A stretch of 41,983 bases of DNA, from the IMG/VR virus record IMGVR_UViG_3300030097_000100, positions 1-41,983 of that record; one strand, written 5' to 3'. Positions 15,992 to 24,993 of this stretch are shown here, in pieces. The translations under genes and the position numbers were made by a program. The notes under the pieces are model-generated. The model was not told where the DNA came from, ran no database searches, and saw only the letters and a program-made list of their open reading frames with translations. This DNA is from a virus. Lineage: Duplodnaviria; Caudoviricetes. How positions within the stretch are numbered: position 1 is the stretch's first letter; each line of letters begins with the position of its first letter.

Positions 15992-18457
15992 TTAATCAGC
16001 TTCATAAATTCTCTCGTCATAACCAATCATGCTAATTTGAACATCATAACCGGCTGTTTCACGCTCCATTACACGCCAGCGCCTATTTATCGTATCATTA
16101 ACTTGGGTGATGTAATATCTGCTGCCAACTTGACCACCTTCAAACCCTTCGGTATAAGCTTGAGATAAGTCAGCACAAGTAAAGCTATTTGCTGTTGATG
16201 ATGTTACTGTTTGAGGTCCTATAGCTTCACCTAGCGCGTTTGTGTAATAAACTTGATACGTTACACCTGATTGCAAGTTAAGCTCTTCACCAACCGTGGC
16301 AGTGCTTCCGCTTATCGATAAAATCTCACCACCAAAAGCGTCACCACCCTCGTATATTTCGTTGTACATTACCACTGCGCCGCGCTCTAAAAACCTATGA
16401 GCATCGATGAATGTGTCAGATAAAGTCCAGCGTTGATATAGCATCTTCCTTATTTCAAGCTCAGCCCTGTTAGTTGCGTTAACTAAATTTTGGCAACCTG
16501 CAAGCTTTATCTCTTTTGGGTTTTTTCCTGCTGTATTTTGTATAACGCCAAGGCTATTAATTGAACTATAAATATAAGCTTTCTTATTTATCCCCCTATC
16601 TACATACTCAATTTGCACGCTATCATATTCACCGCTTACAAAGCTTGAGCGCGATATCGAATAACTTCTATCTGATTCGGCAGCCAAATCTGACCTGCTT
16701 AATAATGCAGAGTTGAAAGAAACAGCTTCATCACGCCAAAATCTTATTTGTTGACCGTCCCAATATTTGTATACCCTAGCAACATTTAATATTGTATCAA
16801 GTACAGTGCCAGCACCATTGCTTGCATCGTCAAAAGTATAGTCAAATGTTTTAAAATCCTCTGGCAGTGAGTTTGCTATTGTGTATAGCTCGTCAAGATT
16901 TAAAAGGTTAACGTCTTGGCCGTAGAAATCACGCCATACAAATAAAACAGCGTCAGCAAAGTTTCTACTTGGCGAGTCTGGAAGTATTTGACCGGTGTTA
17001 ACATCATAACTTGGCATTTCAACTTGACCGTTGACTAGATTTATTTTGTTATCAACTCCTGATCCAGTTGGTATTTGTGTTGTTGGCATTTTAACTGAAA
17101 GCATAGTGCCACCGTCAGGAAAATCATAACTACCAAGCTCTTGAATGCAATAAACAGCTTCCATTGTCGGTATGTCTGGAGCATTTGTATCCTGTGACGC
17201 TTCATTAGTTCTTTTCACCTCAAACTCATACCAAGCCTTGCCAAATGTAGGTATTACTGTAAAAGTCTCGTATACGGCGTCTACTGTGTCATCCGAATAT
17301 GTGGTGTTGAATGATTCGCTATTGCCAGTTCTGGTACCGCCCTTGGAATCAAGCTCATAAACAACTACATTTATAGGAACTATTTTTTTAAGCCCTCTAT
17401 CGAACTTAATATTAAAAAATAGCTTTTCACACTCAATAGGGCATGAGAATGGGCCAATTGTATTATCTAGCTTTATTGTAAAAATATACGGAGATTCATA
17501 AACAGTCTCGCTTTTTCTTCCGTTGAAATTAACTACAACTATAGTGTATTCACTTCCTGAAAGTGTCATTGAGTCGATTTTTCCTGTACCGCTAACATCT
17601 AAAGGCTCAGGCGAGCCGCCCGGCTCTAATGTTACGTATATAGTGTAATCAACCTCTATGTTCTCATCACCAGCATCAAAAGACGCCTTTAAACCGTCAG
17701 ATTGAGCATCTTGATTAACTCTAATGGTAAATGTTGTTCCTGTGTAAGTTGATGGTGTTGCGCCTTGGTCGCATGAATAAGCCGCGCCATCATTACCCTC
17801 ATTGGTTCCTTTTATAATTTGACCATCAACCTCATCAACTTTTTGGCCAACTCTGTAGTTTGGTATTGTAGTTACACCTGCTGCCGGGTAATAAAGTGAA
17901 GTTGTTGCAGTGCCAAACTTAACTATGTTGGTATTTCCTGCTTGTATTGTAGCGCCAGTTAATACGCCTGTGCATACTTCAAAGTATTGCTCTGATTGCT
18001 TTACATTGCCTTGGTAATACTCTATCGCCTGACCTATCAAATCAGGGTATACAACAGGACTTCCAACAACTAAAGGGCGCTGTGAGTAAGCCCTCGATAC
18101 GTTTGTTTGTGATGTGTAGTTATTGTTTGGGCTTGTCTGCTCACCACCTGGTGCATCAGGAATATCAATTAAGAAGTTTAAAGCGCCTTTAAGCAAATCA
18201 CCAACAACGCCAAAAAAACCACTAATAACACCTTTAACCTCATGAGTTACAGTTATAATGTCATTGTCACCAACATCATTAAACATAGCAGGGCTGTATG
18301 GCTGCACTATATCTTCATTTAAATGTATTGTTACTTTGCTTGGATCTATTTTATCAAATCTTGTTTTTACAGCATCGATAACGCGAATTTCACCGCTTAA
18401 CGGATAAACCTCTGGCTTTCTTAATTTTAACTGGTCTTGAACTATTAATTTAGCCAT
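15992..18457 (-). CDS. Tail tip / central fibre protein (lambda J-like host-specificity protein)
   Basis: SPNN.Y..QTN.SRAY..RP.VVG...VYPDLI, SRNFADAV, FDYTFDD, YD.V.IEY, YDERIYEAD. Confidence 0.8.
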   Translation of the reverse strand: MAKLIVQDQLKLRKPEVYPLSGEIRVIDAVKTRFDKIDPSKVTIHLNEDIVQPYSPAMFNDVGDNDIITVTHEVKGVISGFFGVVGDLLKGALNFLIDIPDAPGGEQTSPNNNYTSQTNVSRAYSQRPLVVGSPVVYPDLIGQAIEYYQGNVKQSEQYFEVCTGVLTGATIQAGNTNIVKFGTATTSLYYPAAGVTTIPNYRVGQKVDEVDGQIIKGTNEGNDGAAYSCDQGATPSTYTGTTFTIRVNQDAQSDGLKASFDAGDENIEVDYTIYVTLEPGGSPEPLDVSGTGKIDSMTLSGSEYTIVVVNFNGRKSETVYESPYIFTIKLDNTIGPFSCPIECEKLFFNIKFDRGLKKIVPINVVVYELDSKGGTRTGNSESFNTTYSDDTVDAVYETFTVIPTFGKAWYEFEVKRTNEASQDTNAPDIPTMEAVYCIQELGSYDFPDGGTMLSVKMPTTQIPTGSGVDNKINLVNGQVEMPSYDVNTGQILPDSPSRNFADAVLFVWRDFYGQDVNLLNLDELYTIANSLPEDFKTFDYTFDDASNGAGTVLDTILNVARVYKYWDGQQIRFWRDEAVSFNSALLSRSDLAAESDRSYSISRSSFVSGEYDSVQIEYVDRGINKKAYIYSSINSLGVIQNTAGKNPKEIKLAGCQNLVNATNRAELEIRKMLYQRWTLSDTFIDAHRFLERGAVVMYNEIYEGGDAFGGEILSISGSTATVGEELNLQSGVTYQVYYTNALGEAIGPQTVTSSTANSFTCADLSQAYTEGFEGGQVGSRYYITQVNDTINRRWRVMERETAGYDVQISMIGYDERIYEAD

Positions 18458-18867
18458 TAACTTATTACCTCATGGAATGTAACGTTTTTATAAGCTTTTA
18501 CTAAGACGCTAAGTGAGTGAATTTCTACTTTACCGCCTTTCTCTTTATTTCCTCTTGCATGTAGAACCTGTTGATTGCCAACGCATATGCCAATGTGTAC
18601 AGGGTTCATTGAATTATCGTAAAGCGTTACAACCGCACCATTCTGCCACCTACCTACCTGCCACCAAGTGCGCTTAGCTTCTCTGCGCCATATGCCATCA
18701 AACGCAAAACCCTCTTTGTAACCTGTTGCCTTTGGTAACTCAACACCTTCAACCATGCTTTTATAAAGCTTAACAAGTCCGTAGCAGTCAACCTCTTCAG
18801 CGGTGTCAGCACGATTAACCCAAGGCTTTCCAACCATTAGATTTATAAAATCTTCTTGCTTCATCAT
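18457..18867 (-). CDS. NlpC/P60 tail tip assembly protein (lambda K-like)
   Basis: VGKPW...DCYGLV, HIGI, VLH catalytic pattern. Confidence 0.85.
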   Translation of the reverse strand: MMKQEDFINLMVGKPWVNRADTAEEVDCYGLVKLYKSMVEGVELPKATGYKEGFAFDGIWRREAKRTWWQVGRWQNGAVVTLYDNSMNPVHIGICVGNQQVLHARGNKEKGGKVEIHSLSVLVKAYKNVTFHEVIS

Positions 18868-19367
18868 AGCCCCTGTAGACCTACATAAATAGCTGGGTCA
18901 AATATTTTATTAACCTTTGTTTGTTTCTCAAGGTTTTCTGTCGTTAGCTCTATTTTCACTTGCCTAACACCTGCAGTAAAATTTGACATGTAGGCGGAGT
19001 AATCATAAAGCGCATCTTGTTGCCCTTCCAAATACGTCAAAAATCTGACGGTTACAGCCTCAAACGTTGGCGCATAGTCAAGCTTTCTTATCTCGCTAAC
19101 AACCTCAAACCCAACTCTATCAAATGAGACTTCTCCCTTATCAACATCATCGCTTGATAATATTGATTGCTCAGGTATTGACGCTATACAGCCTGTAAAC
19201 GTTTTTGCTTCACCGTCAACAAAGAAGTCTAAATCATCTGATTGGTCAGTAACAAATCTAAACTCGCCTATTGTCGGGCTGCTTATTATAAATGCGTTGT
19301 AAACAATTCTTTCGGCATCTTGTGTTACATAAAACTGCTTTAACTCATCATTCATTGTTTTGGCCAC
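18864..19367 (-). CDS. Minor tail protein (DUF1833 / lambda L-like position)
   Basis: Position between distal tail and NlpC; ends FDPAIYVGL. Confidence 0.7.
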   Translation of the reverse strand: MAKTMNDELKQFYVTQDAERIVYNAFIISSPTIGEFRFVTDQSDDLDFFVDGEAKTFTGCIASIPEQSILSSDDVDKGEVSFDRVGFEVVSEIRKLDYAPTFEAVTVRFLTYLEGQQDALYDYSAYMSNFTAGVRQVKIELTTENLEKQTKVNKIFDPAIYVGLQGL

Positions 19368-19828
19368 CTTTCATTTATTGCTATATCAAGTGGGTCAGAG
19401 AGGTTATTATTTACCAGCAAATCCCAGTAGTCATCCTTTTCTTGTTGTGTGTTATCTTCCCAGCCTTGAAGTAGCTTATCTGCGTAAATCACGCCATCAT
19501 ACGTGTAATAACCGTTACTTTCAGTTGGGTTTATTGGTGGCGTTTTCCATTTGCAATTATAATCATTAAATCCACCCTCAGTTTTTAGTGACATTTTAAA
19601 CTGCTGACCCTCATCAACACCCTCAAGCCACAAAGCCATTAGTTGTGTTTTCTCGTACGGTATCAAAAAAGAAACATTAAAATAAACAGTTGAGCTATTG
19701 CGCTTTTTACGTGGTAGCATTTTTCCGTCAAAATTATCGCGGGTATCGTATTTTTGCTGAACACTTCGCTGCTTACCAACAAGCGGCGCTGGCAATATAT
19801 CGTGTGGGTAATCTATTGGAATTGGCAT
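19352..19828 (-). CDS. Distal tail protein (lambda M-like position)
   Basis: IDYP...LPAPL start; immediately follows the tape measure gene. Confidence 0.65.
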   Translation of the reverse strand: MPIPIDYPHDILPAPLVGKQRSVQQKYDTRDNFDGKMLPRKKRNSSTVYFNVSFLIPYEKTQLMALWLEGVDEGQQFKMSLKTEGGFNDYNCKWKTPPINPTESNGYYTYDGVIYADKLLQGWEDNTQQEKDDYWDLLVNNNLSDPLDIAINERWPKQ

Positions 19829-19831
19829 TTA

Positions 19832-21916
19832 TTACCTCTTTGCATTGTTTGAGTAGTTGCCGCCTGACTTCATAGCATTATACATTGAGCCGCGCCCTTT
19901 TTGTAGTTTGCCAGCCTCGTTGCCAATTTCAATTTTGGCAATTCCAGCAGCCTCGTCTCTAGTGACAAACACTTGATATGGTGTGTAGTTATTAACCTCA
20001 ACACTCATACTTGAACCTCTACCAGCTTTATCAAGTGGCGTAATATTGGCGTTTTTAGTATTCATCAAGTAGTCTTTGCCACCTTGGCTATACACTTCTG
20101 GTACACCTGTTTCATTTACACGATACATACCATTTGATACTGGCCCACCGTATTGTCGACCACCCATTAATGAAGGTAGCGCTGCAGCTGCTGCTGATAC
20201 TGCAGCTATACCTGCAAGTGCTGGTCCTGAGTTTGCGCCAAAGCTTGCCAATGATGTTGCCGCCGCCAATGGAACGGCTGTGCTTAATACCGTTGCATTT
20301 GCCGCTGTTTGAGCGGTTGCAGCTGTGCTACTTGCAATTGCAGACGCTATACCTTGTTGTATTATTGCGCCCACAACTTGAGTTAATATTGTTCTGGCCA
20401 ATCCTTTTAGTGCATCTTCACCATCTTGCGCGCCTAAAACGATATTACCTAGAGTTCCTGCTATTTGCGTATCAAGGTTACCGAAAGCATTTTCCATAAA
20501 CTGATTTGTTTCGCCTTGAAGATTGCGAATTGCATCTTGCTTTTCTTTCTCAAGTTGCACTCTTCTATCAGCGTAAGAACCTTCAATTTCAATCTTTTGC
20601 TCTTCCGCTTGATTTAATAGCTCAAGCTCTTGTTGGTATCTTGCTTGTATTTCTTCAAGCGAAGTTAAACCAATGCTTTGCACTTGCGCTGTTAGCGTTG
20701 CTGTTGCTTTTTGATCTTCAACTTTCATTCGCTCGATTTGCTGGTCAAGCCACTCAAGATCGCTTTCTGTTTGTCTTCTTACTGACTCTTCGTATTTTTC
20801 ATTTGCTTTTGCCGCTTCTTCTGTTGCTCTATTTGTGGCTTCAAGCGCTTCTTTTTTATCGTAAAGAGTTAATATTTCAGCCTGTTGATTTGCATCAAGT
20901 CCGCTCATTAATAGCGACCATTTCAACGCTGCTTTTTCACCACTCTTTAACTCAATTATATTTTCGAGTAGTGCGTTTTTCATATCCTTAAACGAATCTG
21001 CTGAAATTGAATTTGATTCGCTCAATGATTCTTGTGATTGAGCTAGCGCCGCATTGCTTGCTATTGTTTGTCTTACTGCATCTGAGAATGTAAAAAACTC
21101 ACTGGCATACTCAGCAAGCTCTTTAGTTGGAAATACACCATTCTTGCGCATATTTAAAAGCGCTTTTTCAGCTTGGTCTAATGCCTTTAGCTTTTTATCA
21201 TCACTTGTTGCTGCGTTAAAATTACGCATTGCGCCGGTTATATTAAGTATTTCACCGGTCTTTGATGTTAGTCCTGTAAGCCTTTTTGCTGCATCTTCTG
21301 CGTACTCTTGAAATCCTATTAACTCCGCACCTAAAGCTAAAGCCTCTTTTCTTGCTGAGCTCATGGCTTGTGCGTTTTGCGTCATTGCTAAAGCTATTTT
21401 TATTTTGGCTAGATTTTCAGATGCTGTGTTTAGCTTTTTTATTTCATCTGTGTACTTAGCAACCCCATCAGCGCCGACAGTCATTATAGCTTTTGTGTTT
21501 TCTATTGCTTTTTGTAGCTTTTCAATATTTGATACGCTGCCAAAAATAGCAGGGGCAAGAGTGCCAGCAAGGACGGCGGCAAGCGACACGAATACACCAA
21601 TCAAAGGCGCGCCTAGTACAATACCTAAATCCGCTGATTGCTGAGCAAGCGCAACCATTGCAGATTGACCACCCTGTAACTGGCCAGCAAATTGTTGTAT
21701 CTGAATACCAGCCTGGCCAAGGTTGCTGCCAAATGCGCGCCTTACACCTTGAGATGCCTTTGTTGTTTGCGCATTGAAATTTTTAACAGAGTTATCAACC
21801 TTTTTAAAGCTATTACTCATGCTGTCAGTGGCTTTTGTTGTGACTGTTTGAGCCTTTAAAACATCGGTTGTTTCAACTCCAAATTCATACCATATGCGAC
21901 CAGCGTTTTCTGCCAT
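19832..21916 (-). CDS. Tail tape measure protein
   Basis: Ala/Gln-rich helical protein; GQAGIQIQQF..QLQGGQS..VALAQQ..DLG; GGRQYGGPV...YRVNE.G.PE; start ATG 21916. Confidence 0.92.
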   Translation of the reverse strand: MAENAGRIWYEFGVETTDVLKAQTVTTKATDSMSNSFKKVDNSVKNFNAQTTKASQGVRRAFGSNLGQAGIQIQQFAGQLQGGQSAMVALAQQSADLGIVLGAPLIGVFVSLAAVLAGTLAPAIFGSVSNIEKLQKAIENTKAIMTVGADGVAKYTDEIKKLNTASENLAKIKIALAMTQNAQAMSSARKEALALGAELIGFQEYAEDAAKRLTGLTSKTGEILNITGAMRNFNAATSDDKKLKALDQAEKALLNMRKNGVFPTKELAEYASEFFTFSDAVRQTIASNAALAQSQESLSESNSISADSFKDMKNALLENIIELKSGEKAALKWSLLMSGLDANQQAEILTLYDKKEALEATNRATEEAAKANEKYEESVRRQTESDLEWLDQQIERMKVEDQKATATLTAQVQSIGLTSLEEIQARYQQELELLNQAEEQKIEIEGSYADRRVQLEKEKQDAIRNLQGETNQFMENAFGNLDTQIAGTLGNIVLGAQDGEDALKGLARTILTQVVGAIIQQGIASAIASSTAATAQTAANATVLSTAVPLAAATSLASFGANSGPALAGIAAVSAAAAALPSLMGGRQYGGPVSNGMYRVNETGVPEVYSQGGKDYLMNTKNANITPLDKAGRGSSMSVEVNNYTPYQVFVTRDEAAGIAKIEIGNEAGKLQKGRGSMYNAMKSGGNYSNNAKR

Positions 21917-21936
21917 ATCCAAACTCAACTTAAAAA

Positions 21937-21960
21937 TGATAAACTAAACGCATTATAACA
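21937..21960. promoter_or_regulatory. Closely spaced divergent extended -10 promoters for tape measure and chaperone
   Basis: Minus TGtTATAAT (21960-21952); plus TGaTAAACT (21937-21945). Confidence 0.5.
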
Positions 21961-21981
21961 CAGCTAAAAAGGCTTTCATTA

Positions 21982-22596
21982 ATGCTTACACGTTACGGGT
22001 TCGGCGCAATTTATATAGACGATAAAGAATACAAAATCAGCCCGACTTTTCAGAATATAGATAAACTAGGCACGCCAAAGGAAATAATAGAAACGTTTAC
22101 ATCGTTTTTTAATTGCCCGTCTATTAATTGGCAGTACCATAGAGCAGTTGAAATACTTCAAGCGTGTTGTGAGCCAAAACTACCAGATAGTGCAACGGGT
22201 AGGTTTAAGGTTTACGAAAATGGCAAGTTAAAGCTAATCAACCCACCAAGCCAAGACTTTATGCACGATATAATTGTGCTAGCTAGTCACTGTTTAAAGT
22301 ATGGCGTAATAGGCGTAACCGATAGCGAATCAGAAAGTGAAGGTGAGCCAATTAAAGAGTTTGATGTTTATTTCTACATTGGATTAGCTTGCGAGCATTT
22401 ACGAAAGTCACGCGAAGAAGCGGCTGACATGACGTTAACAGAGTTTTTAATGGCGTGGGATATTAAATTTCCAGAGGCTAAGAAGAAGCGTGATGAGCGA
22501 CTAACTAAAGCTGAGCAGCAAAGATTAATGGATTATCAAGACGAGCTAGATAGAAAAGCCGCTCAACGAAGAGCGGCAAAAAAGACTATGGATTAA
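21982..22596 (+). CDS. Putative tail assembly chaperone (DUF6246-like), inverted relative to the tail genes
   Basis: YG...I....Y...PTF.NI..LG.P.EI, EFDV..YI..A..HL..S.EEA..MT.TEF...W..KFP; sits between tail tube and tape measure. Confidence 0.65.
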   Translation: MLTRYGFGAIYIDDKEYKISPTFQNIDKLGTPKEIIETFTSFFNCPSINWQYHRAVEILQACCEPKLPDSATGRFKVYENGKLKLINPPSQDFMHDIIVLASHCLKYGVIGVTDSESESEGEPIKEFDVYFYIGLACEHLRKSREEAADMTLTEFLMAWDIKFPEAKKKRDERLTKAEQQRLMDYQDELDRKAAQRRAAKKTMD

Positions 22597-23101
22597 TAGA
22601 CTCTGACTGATATGTTGCGTTAGTATCATCATAAGTGGGTATAGCCGTGAAGGTAAATTCACCTGTACGGTTTCCCTCATTCTCAGCGCTACGACCTAGT
22701 GATGTAACGTTGCAGAAGTAATAACGGTATTCTTCCAGTAACGGGTCAAGAATACGCACCCACACAGATGGTTGGCGACCTGCTTGCACCTCCGTAATGT
22801 AGTAAGTACGTAAAGCTTGTTGTGAGCTTACGTTAACCACATCTTTTGCATCAAGCACGCTAGCAGTAATCTCAATATCACTACCAATTACAGTTGTATC
22901 TGTGTAAATACCGCTTGAGTCTGTGTTGCTTGTTACTGTGCGCGGTGTCAAGTTTTCTCCGCGTGTTTCAACAAACCCAAGCTTGGTGTAAACAAGTGGT
23001 GTTGTTGCATTTTTTGTTGGGTCGTCTGTGCCACAGCCTTGCACCCATGAAAGTACTAGACCGCGACCAATGCCGATTGGTTGGCTATCACATGTTGCCA
23101 T
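22586..23101 (-). CDS. Major tail tube protein
   Basis: IGRGLVL...GCG.D.P, KLG, TVTS.TD, RQPSVWVR; GAGG RBS; neck-tube-chaperone-TMP position. Confidence 0.8.
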   Translation of the reverse strand: MATCDSQPIGIGRGLVLSWVQGCGTDDPTKNATTPLVYTKLGFVETRGENLTPRTVTSNTDSSGIYTDTTVIGSDIEITASVLDAKDVVNVSSQQALRTYYITEVQAGRQPSVWVRILDPLLEEYRYYFCNVTSLGRSAENEGNRTGEFTFTAIPTYDDTNATYQSESINP

Positions 23102-23144
23102 AATTTTATACCTCTTTAAATAAATTGATAACGTTATCGCAGTG

Positions 23145-23153
23145 ATTATACCA
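23145..23153 (-). promoter_or_regulatory. Extended -10 promoter for the tail tube gene
   Basis: TGgTATAAT on the minus strand just past the terminator. Confidence 0.55.
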
Positions 23154-23164
23154 TTTATTTACAG

Positions 23165-23663
23165 GCAATAAAAAACCGCCAAATAAATGACGGTTTTTGA
23201 TGGAGATTAATGTACTGTAGGGAAACTGTTTTAATTGTTTAATTGGATTGATACAAAGTGCATCGGTTATTCGGCGGACGCTTAATCTTAAGAAAGCACT
23301 TTCTACCATGAAAAGCTTAGTGCTATCGCCAATCACAGTATTTTAATTGGTTTGCACAACCAACACTCGCCGAATACCGATAAACTCTGTAAAAATACTA
23401 ACATCTATCATCACGACAGTAGTCAGTTTGCTGCTAACCGATTTTAACCATAATCGGATGGAGATAGTATCACCGCCTATTAAGTTGGTTTATCTAGTTG
23501 CTGACATATACCATTCCAGCTTGCGGTTTACTGTTTTCTCATCCTGATTTCTGCACCTCAGAATACAGGCAATAAGGTTGCATTTGTTTTTTATAAGAGT
23601 CATTAAGGCTAAATATCTCTTGTCTTTTCCTGTGTCTTTACGTGCTAACTTCTGCACTGCACA
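23165..23663 (-). ncRNA. Candidate ~500-nt structured non-coding RNA
   Basis: Own promoter and terminator, no credible ORF, long-range stem 23368-23391 with 23252-23276 plus several nested hairpins. Confidence 0.55.
23170..23198. terminator. Bidirectional intrinsic terminator
   Basis: AAAAAACCGCCA-aataaa-TGACGGTTTTT; on the minus strand the stem closes with a U-G pair. Confidence 0.75.
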
Positions 23664-23669
23664 AAACAA

Positions 23670-23698
23670 ACAATAATACTAAACTTAATATATGTCAA
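23670..23698 (-). promoter_or_regulatory. Sigma70-type promoter reading into the non-coding gap
   Basis: TTGACA(23698-23693)-17-TATTGT(23675-23670); the same -10 hexamer is seen at 29760 and 35645. Confidence 0.6.
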
Positions 23699-24135
23699 AC
23701 ATTAAATTTAACAATTAGATTAATTTCAAATACTGCTCGACTATCTTCGGTAAATAATGGATTAGAAACTCCGCGAGTGCTTATTGATGTTATGCACTGG
23801 CTTGATGAAAAGTAATTATCAATTAACCACTTATAAATGTCAGTAGCAAAACCTTTAGTTATTGGTAAGTCTTCATCATTAGCTTTGCTAAACACAGCTA
23901 TCAACATAGGCACGTCAATGATTCCTTGATATGGACGACCAAAACTATCAGATCCATTTTGACGCACAAGTATAGCTCGCTTATTATCTGCAAGATTTGT
24001 TAGGTCAATCATGCCAGCAACAGAGTCTGTAGCACCTTGAGCATTACTAAAGCAATCAGTAAATGATGCTAGCAAGCCGCTTGATTTAATATGCTCAAGA
24101 AGTCGAACTTCTTCAAAATTAGCTATAGTTGTCAT
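23695..24135 (-). CDS. Tail terminator protein
   Basis: Last neck gene; P..TED.R.VFE..L C-terminal pattern. Confidence 0.65.
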   Translation of the reverse strand: MTTIANFEEVRLLEHIKSSGLLASFTDCFSNAQGATDSVAGMIDLTNLADNKRAILVRQNGSDSFGRPYQGIIDVPMLIAVFSKANDEDLPITKGFATDIYKWLIDNYFSSSQCITSISTRGVSNPLFTEDSRAVFEINLIVKFNV

Positions 24136-24548
24136 ATTTTAAGTATCGCCTTATTTGCTTCCATCATTGGTTTAGCTTCTGCTGATTCAAAACCATATTC
24201 TAAATAATTCTGTGTAGCTTCTGGATTCCAAGCGGTGGCAGGTGCGATTCCTTGTTTTTTATTACCGTACTTGGCAGGTGGTTTGGGTCGCCAAGGTGTT
24301 TTTGGGTTATTAAGCGCCTCGGCATACAAAGTGTTATAGCTTAGTATTCCAGTATATCTAGTGTTGCGCTTTTCAAAGTCTTGCTCCTGACTGTTTACAA
24401 GTCTTGAGTAAGCCAATGGCGCCCTAGTCTTTGATAAAATACCAGCATCACTAACCACAGCTTGCACAAACTGCACTGCTTTTTTATCTATCTTAGCAAC
24501 CGCTTTTCGTAGATTGCCTTTTACCTGGTTAGCGTTTTTAACTGGCAT
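24132..24548 (-). CDS. Tail completion / HK97 gp10-like neck protein
   Basis: MPVK...V..NL, AP...S.LVNS, Y...YA..L, W.P.A...YL..GF. Confidence 0.7.
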   Translation of the reverse strand: MPVKNANQVKGNLRKAVAKIDKKAVQFVQAVVSDAGILSKTRAPLAYSRLVNSQEQDFEKRNTRYTGILSYNTLYAEALNNPKTPWRPKPPAKYGNKKQGIAPATAWNPEATQNYLEYGFESAEAKPMMEANKAILKI

Positions 24549-24550
24549 AA

Positions 24551-24628
24551 TTAAGCGCCTGTAAATTCATTGTCAAAGTCACTAGAGCCACCAATAATCG
24601 GCCAATCTTCCTCGTTAAATTTATTCAT
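24551..24628 (-). CDS. 25-aa acidic micro-ORF
   Basis: Hand-read MNKFNEEDWPIIGGSSDFDNEFTGA; exactly fills the gap with 2-nt spacing on both sides. Confidence 0.45.
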   Translation of the reverse strand: MNKFNEEDWPIIGGSSDFDNEFTGA

Positions 24629-24630
24629 AA

Positions 24631-24993
24631 TTAAGCCACCAAATGTAAATCATCAAGTTGATTGCCACGTAAAATATCAGCTGGCAATAAGTTAACCTGC
24701 CTTATTTCTTCTGCGCTATCAATGTTGTTAGGCGTTAATTCTGTAGAGTAATTACCGATAGCAACAAAATCACCTAGACGCGGCTTTTCAATATCGTATT
24801 CAAGCCAATACTGAGATTGCGGCGTAAATGAAACGCCATTAGCCACAAACTGACTAGAGCCGCCCTGTTTCCAATCTGACATCGTTGTTATGGCTTCCCA
24901 TGTAGTTGAGCTACCATAACCACCTAAACCGCTGCTACGCTTGTACCAGATAGTAATTAAAGTTTTAGCTGCGCGCTTGGTTGGGTTGCTCAT
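24631..24993 (-). CDS. Head closure protein
   Basis: TIW..., G..F......W.E, GD.VAIG, A.EIR.V; neck position. Confidence 0.65.
   Translation of the reverse strand: MSNPTKRAAKTLITIWYKRSSGLGGYGSSTTWEAITTMSDWKQGGSSQFVANGVSFTPQSQYWLEYDIEKPRLGDFVAIGNYSTELTPNNIDSAEEIRQVNLLPADILRGNQLDDLHLVA

Noticed and set aside
13806-18457. Diversity-generating retroelement or invertible tail-fibre system
   Set aside because: No reverse transcriptase, invertase or template/variable repeat pair noticed
20076-21644. Several plus-strand ORFs inside the tape measure gene
   Set aside because: Antisense shadows typical of Ala/Gln-rich coding DNA
23106-23547. Track ORFs 23106..23336 (minus) and 23347..23547 (plus) as real genes
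   Set aside because: Non-ATG starts without RBS; the first runs through a terminator and the tube promoter; the sequence is better explained by RNA structure
23165-23663. Group I/II intron, CsrB-like sponge or tRNA cluster
   Set aside because: Does not interrupt a gene; no P7 or domain V consensus recognised; only two or three GGA motifs; no cloverleaf seen by eye
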